Positions 48,951 to 58,439 are shown, counted from the first letter of the stretch. The stretch: DNA of 64,000 bases from Candidatus Hadarchaeota archaeon (GCA_964384105.1 CAYLJV010000001.1:348900-412899), one strand, 5' to 3'. A program made the numbers and translations. Notes: generated from the sequence alone by a model not told the origin.

Positions 48951-48966
48951 CTTTTCAATTGAAAAG
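48951..48966. promoter_or_regulatory. Perfect 16-bp palindrome CTTTTCAATTGAAAAG, possible operator
   Basis: Loop-less inverted repeat between the structured element and the tenA promoter. Confidence 0.35.
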
Positions 48967-49086
48967 TTCTCGAGCTTCATCCCCCAACAGATTCACATAT
49001 AATTTTTTTCGACGGTCGTATAAAAATTTTTTTGTTTTAAGACTCGTAGAAGTTTTTCTTTTTAATATCTAATAATAAGGGTTATT

Positions 49087-49112
49087 AAACGAAAAGTTTA
49101 TTAACCACCGCT
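49087..49112 (+). promoter_or_regulatory. BRE/TATA promoter, class A (tenA)
   Basis: AAACGAAAAGTTTATTAACCACCGCT; 20/22 identical to 55469-55490. Confidence 0.7.
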
Positions 49113-49127
49113 TCAAAATTTACTACC

Positions 49128-49928
49128 GTGATGTCTTTGAGTTCTAAAAATACGAGAGAAGTATTGGTAGATGAATGGGAAAATAAATCTACTTTTGTTG
49201 ATCAATTGAGGGAGAAATACGATCATCTTTTCCAAAAAATTGCTGAACATCCATTTCTCCTAGAAATCGAGGAGGGAAAACTGCCGTTAGAGAAATTTTT
49301 ATTTTATGCTAAGCAAAATGAATATTACATATCTGAACTAAGATCAGCTGCTTCAGCTGGAGCTGCTCGGGCAACGACTGATTCTGAAAGAAGGATAATG
49401 ATGATGATTGTAAGCATGTTTCCACTGGAGTTATCTGAGTATTGTTTTGGAAAACTTTCTGTGGCAGCAGGTGTGCCGGATGAGGAGATTAAAGCCATAC
49501 TTGAAGATCCAGATTTCCCACTTCCAGCCACACGGGCATATACCGATTTTATGTACAAGGAGTTTGCGACCAAACCCGCGGGAGTAGCGACAGCGTCTTT
49601 CATAACTTGCCCCTGGACTTACAGCTCAGTGGATATTGGAGGTCTTTCGTGTGGTAAAACTTTTGCAAAAGCTCTGCATGACCATTATGGAGTCGACAAA
49701 AAGATCACTGAGGAATATATAGAACATTATGAAACAGACGAAGATTTTGCTATTGGTATAAAGGCTTTGAAAGATGCGGTGAATAAAGATGCGGAAGAGG
49801 GAAATGATAAAATGAGGAATATCCTAGAGTCTAATTTTAAAAGGGATGTAGAATACGAGTATATGTTTTGGGAGATGGCATACAAGCATAATCCTGGTAA
49901 GGAAAGGGAATTTGGTTCTTATTTCTAA
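49128..49928 (+). CDS. tenA: TenA-family protein (thiaminase II / aminopyrimidine aminohydrolase-like)
   Basis: HPFL, FLFYAKQNEYY, catalytic-type CPWTY, and EYMFWEMAY. Confidence 0.8.
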   Translation: MMSLSSKNTREVLVDEWENKSTFVDQLREKYDHLFQKIAEHPFLLEIEEGKLPLEKFLFYAKQNEYYISELRSAASAGAARATTDSERRIMMMIVSMFPLELSEYCFGKLSVAAGVPDEEIKAILEDPDFPLPATRAYTDFMYKEFATKPAGVATASFITCPWTYSSVDIGGLSCGKTFAKALHDHYGVDKKITEEYIEHYETDEDFAIGIKALKDAVNKDAEEGNDKMRNILESNFKRDVEYEYMFWEMAYKHNPGKEREFGSYF

Positions 49929-50053
49929 CAGATTATGAAAAATATTTTAGGAGAACCTCGAAATCTCGTTTTTATTTTTCTAGGTTTGACTTTTATTTGA
50001 TTTCTAACTTTCTAAAAAAATAAGAAATTTTTCAAATCTTCCTTGTCTTATCA

Positions 50054-50072
50054 AAATGTTTATATATGACTG
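50054..50072 (+). promoter_or_regulatory. BRE/TATA promoter, class B (amidohydrolase 3)
   Basis: AAATGTTTATATATGACTG, identical to 58421-58439. Confidence 0.7.
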
Positions 50073-50109
50073 TCTACTCATTTTCAAAAGACTAACAATA
50101 GGTGTTTAG

Positions 50110-51426
50110 ATGGGAAAAACTATTGCTATAGAAAATGGAATTGTTCTTACTATGAACTCAGATAGAGAAATTTTTAAAGAGGGATCTGTGGTTATAGAGG
50201 ATGACAGAATTTTGGAAGTTGGCGATAGTAGTGATGTGAAAAAGAATTATACGCCTGATATTTCTATTGATGCAAAAAATAAAATCGTAATTCCTGGCTT
50301 GATTAGTTTGCATCATCACTCTGATAATATGTCAAGGGGTGTGGGAGAACATATGGGGCTTCATGATTATTTAGAAAAGATATACTACCCAATGCTTTCA
50401 AAAGCAACTCCTGAAGAAACTAAGTTAACTGCACTATTGTCATATACTGAAGCTATTCTTTCGGGTACTACCACAGTAAACGAAATGTATGTTAATCTTG
50501 AAAGTTGTGCGGAGGCTGCCGAAGAGATTGGTATAAGGGCGGTCATGTCTAGTGAAGCTGCTGATTTAATAGAAGGATATGGTGAAAGCTTGGACCTAAA
50601 TGAAAAGGCCTTTAAGGAGTTAGATGGTTCTGCAGACGGAAGGATTAGAATATGGTTTGGGGCAGAGTGGGTGCCTGTTTGTTCCGAAGATTTTCTCATA
50701 AAAACGAGAGAATTAGCTGATAAGTATGAGACTGGGATTCACATACATCTTAATGAGTCGAAAGACGAAGTAGAACTTTGCAAAAAAGAACACGGCAAGG
50801 GCTCAGCTGAATATGTTAATGAATTAGGAGTTTTGGGGGATGATGTTGTATCTGCTCATAGCGTCTGGCTTTCAGAAAAAGAACAGAATATTTTTTCTGA
50901 AAGAGGCGTTAGCGTAGCTCATTGCCCGGTTTCAAATTTGAAATTGGGAAACGGAATAGCACCAATTCCTGAATTGATTGAAAAGGGTGTCAACGTTGGT
51001 CTTGGCCCTGACGGCGCTCCTTGTAACAATACAGTTAATATGTTTGAAACTATGAAATTTGCTTCCTTGGTACAAAAAGGGAGATTTTTAGATGCGTCTC
51101 AGATGCCATCAGAAAAGGTTTTAGAGATGGCTACTATAAACGGGGCAAAAGCTCTTGGACTAGAAGACGAAATTGGATCGTTAGAGAAAGGTAAAAAAGC
51201 CGATATAGTGTTGGTTGATCTCGATGTACCAAATCTACGCCCGATCTATTATGGTAAAAATCTTAATGCGTACTCACATTTGGTATACGCATCTCCAAAT
51301 GCTGTGGATACAGTGCTAATAGATGGGAAATTAATTGTAAGAGATGGTAAGATAGATACAGTTGATGAAGAGAAGCTTCTTAGAGATTTTCAGACTTCTG
51401 CTGATGGACTTATAGATCGAATATAA
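50110..51426 (+). CDS. Amidohydrolase, SAH/MTA deaminase-like (paralog 3)
   Basis: PGLISLHHH, SGTTT, HIHLNE, AHSVW, HCPVSNLKLG and GLGPD. Confidence 0.9.
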   Translation: MGKTIAIENGIVLTMNSDREIFKEGSVVIEDDRILEVGDSSDVKKNYTPDISIDAKNKIVIPGLISLHHHSDNMSRGVGEHMGLHDYLEKIYYPMLSKATPEETKLTALLSYTEAILSGTTTVNEMYVNLESCAEAAEEIGIRAVMSSEAADLIEGYGESLDLNEKAFKELDGSADGRIRIWFGAEWVPVCSEDFLIKTRELADKYETGIHIHLNESKDEVELCKKEHGKGSAEYVNELGVLGDDVVSAHSVWLSEKEQNIFSERGVSVAHCPVSNLKLGNGIAPIPELIEKGVNVGLGPDGAPCNNTVNMFETMKFASLVQKGRFLDASQMPSEKVLEMATINGAKALGLEDEIGSLEKGKKADIVLVDLDVPNLRPIYYGKNLNAYSHLVYASPNAVDTVLIDGKLIVRDGKIDTVDEEKLLRDFQTSADGLIDRI

Positions 51427-51542
51427 GCAGTTTAGGATTTTGATGGTTTCTTTTTCATGTATCTTGGGTGGTTTGTTTGGAATTTGTAAGAACGTAAAGT
51501 TTAAATACCTGCGTTGGGGTATTTACAGAGGTATAAAAACCC

Positions 51543-52583
51543 TTGGAAATTGTGGGAAAGATGTTAGGGCTAACTAATAGACAGTGGGCGACAACTTTCT
51601 CTTTCTTCGGCATTGTTATTGCAATACTAGCTGTAATATTTTTGGTTATAGGGGTTGCAATCGATATAGAAATGCAAAGTATATTCTCTGTTTTTTTTAA
51701 GACTACTTTGTTTTCTAGTAGCGGTCTTCTTAAAGTTCTACAGAGAACAACACCCCTTACAGTAGCGGGTCTGGGGTTAGCGGTAGCGTTTAATTCAAAG
51801 TTTTGGAACATTGGTGGAGAAGGCCAGATTGTGGTAGGGGCTTTAGTTGTTACTGGTATCTGTTTGTTTTTAGGATTACCAGCATTCATTTTGGTGCCAC
51901 TGGCTCTTATTTTGAGTTTTTTAATTGGTGGAGCTTATTCTGGATTTGCAGGAGTTATTAAAGCAAAGTGGAATGTAAATGAAATTCCAGTTACGATTAT
52001 GATGAATTTTTTAGCTTTTGCAATTTTAGGTTATTTAATCAATAACCCTTGGAATTGGGGAGAAGGTTTATACGCTCGGACGGCACTTATTCCTGCTGCA
52101 ACTAGGTTTCCTTTTATAATCAGACCGTTGAGCACGACTTTTCTACTGGCAATAATTTTAGTCTTAGTGATATATGTTTTAGTTAAAAAAACGATATTTG
52201 GTTACAAGATTAGAGTTGTGGGTAGCAACTACAGAGCTGCAATAACCCAGGGTATAAATGCCAATAAGATCATTAGCTTGAGTGCATTTATAAGCGGAGG
52301 TGTTTGTGCCCTCGCAGGAGCTTTTATCGTATTTGGTGGGCTTTTTAGGGCTCAAGATGGCCTTTCGGGCTTTTATGGCTTTTATGCAATAGTTGTCGCT
52401 CTTCTTGCGAACAATAAGCCGCAATATATAATTTTTGCGGCATTCTTTATGGCCTTCATTATACAGGGTGTGATCAGCATTGTAGTTCTTGGAGTTCCTC
52501 GCCAATTGGGGACGTTAGTGGTTGGTATAATGTTCGTCGTTGCAATTTCTTCAAAGTTAATTACTGAGAGGTTGCCATTATGA
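51543..52583 (+). CDS. ABC permease (NupB-like)
   Basis: FWNIGGEGQ, WNVNEIPVTIMMNF and GFYGFYAIVVALLA. Confidence 0.92.
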   Translation: MEIVGKMLGLTNRQWATTFSFFGIVIAILAVIFLVIGVAIDIEMQSIFSVFFKTTLFSSSGLLKVLQRTTPLTVAGLGLAVAFNSKFWNIGGEGQIVVGALVVTGICLFLGLPAFILVPLALILSFLIGGAYSGFAGVIKAKWNVNEIPVTIMMNFLAFAILGYLINNPWNWGEGLYARTALIPAATRFPFIIRPLSTTFLLAIILVLVIYVLVKKTIFGYKIRVVGSNYRAAITQGINANKIISLSAFISGGVCALAGAFIVFGGLFRAQDGLSGFYGFYAIVVALLANNKPQYIIFAAFFMAFIIQGVISIVVLGVPRQLGTLVVGIMFVVAISSKLITERLPL

Positions 52584-53455
52584 TCACTGATATAACTATT
52601 TCGATATTGACCCTTTTACCTATATTAGGTCTATCTTCTCTTGGAGGATTAATTACACACAAAAGTGGCGTTTATAACATAGCGATGGAAGGGATTATGG
52701 TTTTTGGAGCACTGGCTGCTACTTTTACTTATTTCCATATATTTAGTTCACCCTGGATTGCTCTATTTGGTGGGCTTTTGGGTGGAATTTTATTCGGAGC
52801 GATTTTAGCTGTTTTGGAAGTGAGATTGAAATTGAATCAGATAGTCGTTGGATTTGGTCTATGGTTTGTAGCAGAGGGATTGGCTGGAACAATCTATTTT
52901 ACAAGTGTCCCGAGTTTTACTATAGAAAATACATTTAGTTCGACTTTATTTTCTCTTAACCCAATTTTCTATCTTACAATAGGTTTGGCAGTTGTGCTTT
53001 ACATTCTTTTTAAGAGGACGAAACAAGGTCTAGCTATAAGAGTCGTGGGTGAAAATCCAAAAGTTGCCGATTCTACAGGAATAAATGTGTTTAGGGTTAG
53101 ATGGATATGTTGTTTGGTGGGTTCAGCCCTTGTTGGGGCGTCCGGTGCTTATGCGTCTATTCAGTTCTTACAGGGTTTTACATATAGTATGATAGCGGGA
53201 TATGGTTGGATCGCTTTTGCTACTATATTATTTGGGCGTTTTTCCTCAGAGGGGGTGTTTGGTGCTTCTCTGTTCTTTACTGCTTTAATAGCGATACAAA
53301 CTAGATTACAAGTTGCAGGAATGGTTTTCATACCCACTCAGTTTATGGTTGTGATACCTCATTTGGCGGTTATAGCAGCTCTCGCTTTGATGGGTATAAT
53401 GGGAAAAAGCTCTAATATGCCTTCTGGATTAGGTATTCCGTACGAAAGAAAATAG
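52580..53455 (+). CDS. ABC permease (NupC-like)
   Basis: SGVYNIAMEG, GLAIRVVGENPKVADSTGINV and GYGWIAFA. Confidence 0.92.
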   Translation: MITDITISILTLLPILGLSSLGGLITHKSGVYNIAMEGIMVFGALAATFTYFHIFSSPWIALFGGLLGGILFGAILAVLEVRLKLNQIVVGFGLWFVAEGLAGTIYFTSVPSFTIENTFSSTLFSLNPIFYLTIGLAVVLYILFKRTKQGLAIRVVGENPKVADSTGINVFRVRWICCLVGSALVGASGAYASIQFLQGFTYSMIAGYGWIAFATILFGRFSSEGVFGASLFFTALIAIQTRLQVAGMVFIPTQFMVVIPHLAVIAALALMGIMGKSSNMPSGLGIPYERK

Positions 53456-53456
53456 T

Positions 53457-54722
53457 TTGGTGAACAAATTGACTAATCAAATTAGAAAAAAAATTGGTGA
53501 GGCAAATAATGAAGTAGTTGAAAAAATTATGGAGTCCCACCCAGTGCTGGTGGACATAGCTCCAGCAATTGATGCTGTTCCAGGTATGGAAAGTGATATG
53601 CTTCTATATGGAGGCCCACCTAATTGTTGGGAAGACATGATAGATCCTGTAAAAGGAGCGGCAATTGGTGCTTCTATTTATGAAGGATGGACAAGTTCAG
53701 AGGATGAAGCTATTTCCTATATAGAGGATGGAAAGGTAAAATTTTCGCCAACAGCCGATCATTCTGCAGGTGCTCCGATGGCGGGAATTATTTCACCATC
53801 TATGCCTGTATTCGTGATTAAAAACAAGACTTATGGTAATTATACATTTTCAAACGTAAACGAGGGTTTGGGGAAGACTCTTCGTTACGGTGCTTATGAT
53901 AATGAGGTGATTACAACTCTTCGCTGGATAGAGAAAACGCTAATGCCTGTTTTAAAAGAGGTATTGGAGAAACATGGTGAAATAGACGTTAAAAGATTGA
54001 TAATCGGAGCGATACATAGGGGTGATGAATGTCATAATAGGAACAAGACAGCATCCAATCTATTATTGAAGCCACTTGCTTCAGCTCTTTTTAGAACAAG
54101 TGTAGATCGAGAAGAAGCGGCACAGGTGTTAGATTTCATAAATGGAAATCCACATTTCTTTTTAAACCTCTCTATAGCTTCTAGTATAGCTTGCTTAAAT
54201 GCAGCTCACGATGTTAAATACAGCACCATTGTTACCCGACTTTGTACAAATGGTTCTGATTTTGGCTTGAAACTGAGCGGTTTAAATGAAGAGTGGATAA
54301 CTGCTCCTTCCAAGCTAGCTGAGGGTAGCTATTTTGAAGGTTATGACGAAAAAGATGCTGCACCTGTTTTTGGTGACTCTTATAATTCCGAGCCAGCAGG
54401 TTTGGGTGGCTTTGCGATGGCAGCTGCTCCTGCTATTGGTAGCTTTATAGGAATTTCACCTGAAGAATGTATTGATTATACAAAAGAGATGTATAGAATA
54501 ACTGTAACGGAACATAAATACTACAAAATACCACATTTGGGCTATAGAGGTACTCCTCTAGGTATTGATATTCGGAAGGTAGTAAAGACAGGTATATTAC
54601 CAATAATAAATACTGGTATATCCCACAAAGATAGAGGAAAGGGACAAATAGGTGCAGGCATAGTTAGACCGCCTCTGGAACTTTTCAAAAAAGCTTGGAA
54701 GAAATTTGAAAATTTCTATTAA
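53457..54722 (+). CDS. DUF1116 protein (YlbE/AllG/YahG family)
   Basis: GGPP, NEGLGKTLRYGA, GDECHNRN, HFFLNL, GDS...GLGGF and INTGISH...GQIGAG. Confidence 0.85.
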   Translation: MVNKLTNQIRKKIGEANNEVVEKIMESHPVLVDIAPAIDAVPGMESDMLLYGGPPNCWEDMIDPVKGAAIGASIYEGWTSSEDEAISYIEDGKVKFSPTADHSAGAPMAGIISPSMPVFVIKNKTYGNYTFSNVNEGLGKTLRYGAYDNEVITTLRWIEKTLMPVLKEVLEKHGEIDVKRLIIGAIHRGDECHNRNKTASNLLLKPLASALFRTSVDREEAAQVLDFINGNPHFFLNLSIASSIACLNAAHDVKYSTIVTRLCTNGSDFGLKLSGLNEEWITAPSKLAEGSYFEGYDEKDAAPVFGDSYNSEPAGLGGFAMAAAPAIGSFIGISPEECIDYTKEMYRITVTEHKYYKIPHLGYRGTPLGIDIRKVVKTGILPIINTGISHKDRGKGQIGAGIVRPPLELFKKAWKKFENFY

Positions 54723-54807
54723 TACGTAGAAATTTTAGGGATTTGGAAATTCTGTCGGAAAGATATATATACAAGCTAAGAGCGAATTCTCAAAGAGGAG
54801 ATTAGTT

Positions 54808-55383
54808 ATGAATGAAAAGAAGGGATTTTTAAATGACGAGAGGCTCGAAAAGCTAGATATACCAGAAAATGTTGAGTCCGTAGCAGAGGAGATTTATCAG
54901 AAAGCTTCAGAAAAAGATGTTTTGTTGGGATATTCTTCGGAGGATACTATAGCGAGTGTTTTGTATACTTCTTGCAGAAAAGTTGGTGCTTATCGTCCTC
55001 TTGATGATTTTATTAAATTGTATGAAACGGATCGGAAGAGAGTAAGTCAAAGTTACAAGAAAATTGTTCGTGGTCTTGATCTAAGGATTCCTCCTTTTGA
55101 CATACTTAAATGTACGAACTACCTACTGAAAAAGTTGGATTTATTAGAAGAACTTGAAGAAACTGTGAGTGATATTTTTAAAAAAATTGATACAAAAAAC
55201 GTTGCGTACGGTAAAAATCCTTTTTCGATTTCAGCTGCTATTGTTTATTTGGCTTGTGACAAAGAAAACATTAGCATAACACAAAATATGGTTTCGGAGG
55301 CCGCGGGGGTTTCGAGTGTTACATTACGTTCGCGTTTAAAAGAGATAAAAAAAGAATTGGCAGATTCTAGTAATATACAATAA
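54808..55383 (+). CDS. TFB-like protein with only the two cyclin repeats (no Zn ribbon or B-reader)
   Basis: LYTSCR, GKNPFSISAAIVYLA and TQNMVSEAAGVSSVTLRSRLKE. No CxxC. Own TATA (TATATATA ~54762) and GAGGAG RBS. Confidence 0.85.
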   Translation: MNEKKGFLNDERLEKLDIPENVESVAEEIYQKASEKDVLLGYSSEDTIASVLYTSCRKVGAYRPLDDFIKLYETDRKRVSQSYKKIVRGLDLRIPPFDILKCTNYLLKKLDLLEELEETVSDIFKKIDTKNVAYGKNPFSISAAIVYLACDKENISITQNMVSEAAGVSSVTLRSRLKEIKKELADSSNIQ

Positions 55384-55468
55384 AAATTTCCTTTTAGCCT
55401 ACTAGTATTTTTTGTAAAATCCAGCTTTTGATAAGTTAATTGGTGGTATAAAAACTATATTAATTTTA

Positions 55469-55490
55469 GAAAGGTTTATTAACGACCGCT
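55469..55490 (+). promoter_or_regulatory. BRE/TATA promoter, class A (FAD oxidoreductase operon)
   Basis: GAAAGGTTTATTAACGACCGCT. Confidence 0.7.
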
Positions 55491-55510
55491 CACTACTAAC
55501 GTTTGGTTAT

Positions 55511-57088
55511 ATGAAGGAGATTAAGGCTACTAATAGGGTTATCCATATTCCGGAGAAATCCTCAAATCATGATGTTGTTTTCAAAGAATTGATTGATATT
55601 GTTGGAGAGGAATATGTTAGAGATGACCTTGGTACTAACTATGTTTATTCCAAAAATATGACGGAGTTTGAGCAGTATCTTCCTGAATATGTTGTTGCCC
55701 CAGGTTCTACTGAGGAGGTCAGCGAGATAATAAAATTAGCGAATGAGCATAAAGTCCCGATTCAGTGTCAAGTGAAGGGGCTAAACATGGGGGATTGTCA
55801 TATGTTGCTCGATGGTGGCTTGTTAATTGATTTAAGGAGAATGAGTTCTGTATTAGACGTTGATGAAGATTCTTCATATGCATTATGCGAGGCTGGAGTA
55901 AGCTTTGCGGATTTGAGAAAAGAGTTGAGAGAAAATCACCCTGATTTTATTGTAAATTATGGTTTTATGCCTGCAAGTTGCGGAATAGTGGCAAATGCTC
56001 TCGTTGAAGGGCATCTACAGTATTCAAATAAATACGGTTGTTCTTACCATAATCTCCTCTCGGCGGAGGTAGTACTTCCAACAGGCGAAATTGTAAAAGT
56101 CGGTGCAAGAGGACTAGTAAATTCTTGGAATCGTAGATCTGCGACTCCGGATTTATTGGGTCTGTTTTCGGGTGGATGGTATGGAACAACTGGAATCGTA
56201 ACGAAAGCTGCTATAAGGATAATTCCAAAGCCGAAATTTAGTGAAACCGTGTTTGTAACTACACCGAATATAAAGTCTGCTTGTGAAATGCCTAGAAGAT
56301 TGGCTGCTTCCCATTTGTGTGATGGTATAGGAAGTGTGGACTGGCGAATGTGTATGCTTGTTGGGGGTAGTAAGAAAGCCGAGGATGTTCCGAATGAGCG
56401 GCCTGAGGGATGGCCTGAAACTTCTATGGATGTGAGTTTTTCTTCATATGTGAGTGAAGAAGAATTCGAACTAAAAAGAAAAAATATTGAATCGATTGCA
56501 GAAGAGTTGGATGGCGAAGTATTACCTCTTGATGGATTTGGGTATGAAACAGAAAGATTCTGTAGCCTTCCGATGGTTGAAGGAGCTCCAGGAGGCGTAG
56601 GCCCATTTTTTGCAGGTGCTGGAAAGGGATCTGGTCTTTCATGGATCGGAGGATTGGGTGAGGATAAATATTATGAAGATTTGTATGAAGGTACACTGGA
56701 AATATTTGATAAATATCCTGATATTTTCCCACAAATTTGCATGTACGAAATGAGTCATGGTCACGTTGGTTGTTTTAGAGAAATAGTCTCTTTTGATAGA
56801 GCTGACCCAGATCAAGTAAACCAGGTTAGAAATGCACACAAAGAAGTCGTTAAAATGATGTATGATCATGGATACACCCTTTACAAAGCTCCGAAGTTTG
56901 CTACTGATATTTTGATGAAGGATTATGCTGACAGTGAATTCTTAAATTTAATGAAAAAAGTGAGAAAGACGCTAGATCCGAGTGGAATTATGGCGCCGAA
57001 GAGATGGAACCTTTCCGATGATGATGACGTTTATAAGTATTATGGTGGAAGTGAACCAGACTTAGATACAAAGGAAGGTGGTGAGTGA
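55511..57088 (+). CDS. FAD-binding oxidoreductase (VAO/PCMH/GlcD superfamily)
   Basis: PGSTEEVSEIIKLAN, LIDLRRM, EAGVSF, EVVLPTGEIV, GTTGIVTK and LDPSGIMAP. Confidence 0.88.
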   Translation: MKEIKATNRVIHIPEKSSNHDVVFKELIDIVGEEYVRDDLGTNYVYSKNMTEFEQYLPEYVVAPGSTEEVSEIIKLANEHKVPIQCQVKGLNMGDCHMLLDGGLLIDLRRMSSVLDVDEDSSYALCEAGVSFADLRKELRENHPDFIVNYGFMPASCGIVANALVEGHLQYSNKYGCSYHNLLSAEVVLPTGEIVKVGARGLVNSWNRRSATPDLLGLFSGGWYGTTGIVTKAAIRIIPKPKFSETVFVTTPNIKSACEMPRRLAASHLCDGIGSVDWRMCMLVGGSKKAEDVPNERPEGWPETSMDVSFSSYVSEEEFELKRKNIESIAEELDGEVLPLDGFGYETERFCSLPMVEGAPGGVGPFFAGAGKGSGLSWIGGLGEDKYYEDLYEGTLEIFDKYPDIFPQICMYEMSHGHVGCFREIVSFDRADPDQVNQVRNAHKEVVKMMYDHGYTLYKAPKFATDILMKDYADSEFLNLMKKVRKTLDPSGIMAPKRWNLSDDDDVYKYYGGSEPDLDTKEGGE

Positions 57089-58371
57089 AGTTGGAAGAGA
57101 GGATTAAGCAAGTGGAGGAGCATATAGAAAAGGTCAGAAGCAAAGAAAAGACCCCATTTAAGGAACTTGACGATTGGGTGTACAAATGTACAGGATGCTC
57201 GAGCTGTCAAGGTTTCTACAGGGAAAATCCACCATTACATCCCCCGATAGAGCATTGGAGGGGGGAACAAACGTATGATCAAACTTGCCCTATAATGTCT
57301 GGTAGTCGTTTTGAAGTTGAAACTCCTTCTGGTCTTCTCTGGTCTATTAAGGGTTATCTTGAAGGAATTATACCGATGAAAGAAGAAGCTCTCGAAAGAT
57401 TGTTTAAATGTACTAGTTGCGCAGCTTGTGAATATGAGTGCTATGGGGATCATGGTGAAAAAATTAGCAAGATTATTAGATCAGTTCGTGAGAACCAGAT
57501 AAAAGAGGGCAAAGTCCCGCCTAAGATTAGGGATTTTTTAGAGAATATTTATGTCACTAATAATCCGTGGGGGTCTCCGAAAAGTAGGAGAATGGAATGG
57601 TCAAAAGAACTTGATAATATTAAAGAGTATGATTCTGATGATGAATACTTGTACTATGTTGGCTGCGTGGGTTCTTATGATGAATATAGCCAAACAATGA
57701 CAAGTAATACATACACCCTATTGAATAAGGCTGGTATTTCATTTGGTATATTATCAGATGAAATCTGTGATGGTGCTGAAGTAAATCAGATCGGTGAAAC
57801 AGGGTTGTATGAGGAATTAGCAAGGCAGAATATTGAGAAATTCAAAAATTTAGGTGTTAAGAAGATAGTTGCTCTTTCACCTCATGCGTATGATGTTTTT
57901 AAGAACGAATACCCATTTGAAGAAAAATATCCGGAATTTGAAGAAGTTATACATTATACTCAATTGTTATCCGAGGTTATTCAAGAAGGAAAGTTAAACA
58001 CAGGCAATTATGAGGCTAAAGTTACTTATCATGATCCCTGTTATTTGGGCAGACACAACGATATATATGAGGAACCAAGAGATGTGCTAAAGTCAATAGA
58101 TGGGATTGAACTCATCGAAATGAGACGTACGAAAAACAGGTCTTTTTGTTGCGGTGGAGCAACTGGAAATTTCTATACGGATATGATAAGTTCGAGCGTA
58201 GGTAATGCAAGTCGAGATAGAATCATAGAGGCTTATGAAAATGATGCAGAAATTTTAGCAGTTTCTTGTCCAATATGCATGACCATGTTGAAAGACGCGG
58301 TGAAACAAGAAAATCTTGAAAAGGAACTGGCTGTAATGGACATTTCGGAGATAGTAATTAAATCACTATGA
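57085..58371 (+). CDS. (Fe-S)-binding CCG-domain protein (GlcF/HdrD-like)
   Basis: CTGCSSCQ...CP, CTSCAACEYEC, YYVGC, YHDPC, CCGG and SCPIC. Confidence 0.88.
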   Translation: MKLEERIKQVEEHIEKVRSKEKTPFKELDDWVYKCTGCSSCQGFYRENPPLHPPIEHWRGEQTYDQTCPIMSGSRFEVETPSGLLWSIKGYLEGIIPMKEEALERLFKCTSCAACEYECYGDHGEKISKIIRSVRENQIKEGKVPPKIRDFLENIYVTNNPWGSPKSRRMEWSKELDNIKEYDSDDEYLYYVGCVGSYDEYSQTMTSNTYTLLNKAGISFGILSDEICDGAEVNQIGETGLYEELARQNIEKFKNLGVKKIVALSPHAYDVFKNEYPFEEKYPEFEEVIHYTQLLSEVIQEGKLNTGNYEAKVTYHDPCYLGRHNDIYEEPRDVLKSIDGIELIEMRRTKNRSFCCGGATGNFYTDMISSSVGNASRDRIIEAYENDAEILAVSCPICMTMLKDAVKQENLEKELAVMDISEIVIKSL

Positions 58372-58420
58372 GATTCCTTGGAAACATAGTTTTGTATTTT
58401 TTACATTTTTTTGTTACGCG

Positions 58421-58439
58421 AAATGTTTATATATGACTG
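58421..58439 (+). promoter_or_regulatory. BRE/TATA promoter, class B (etf operon)
   Basis: Identical 19-mer to 50054-50072, 31 nt before the etfB start measured from the motif end. Confidence 0.7.
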
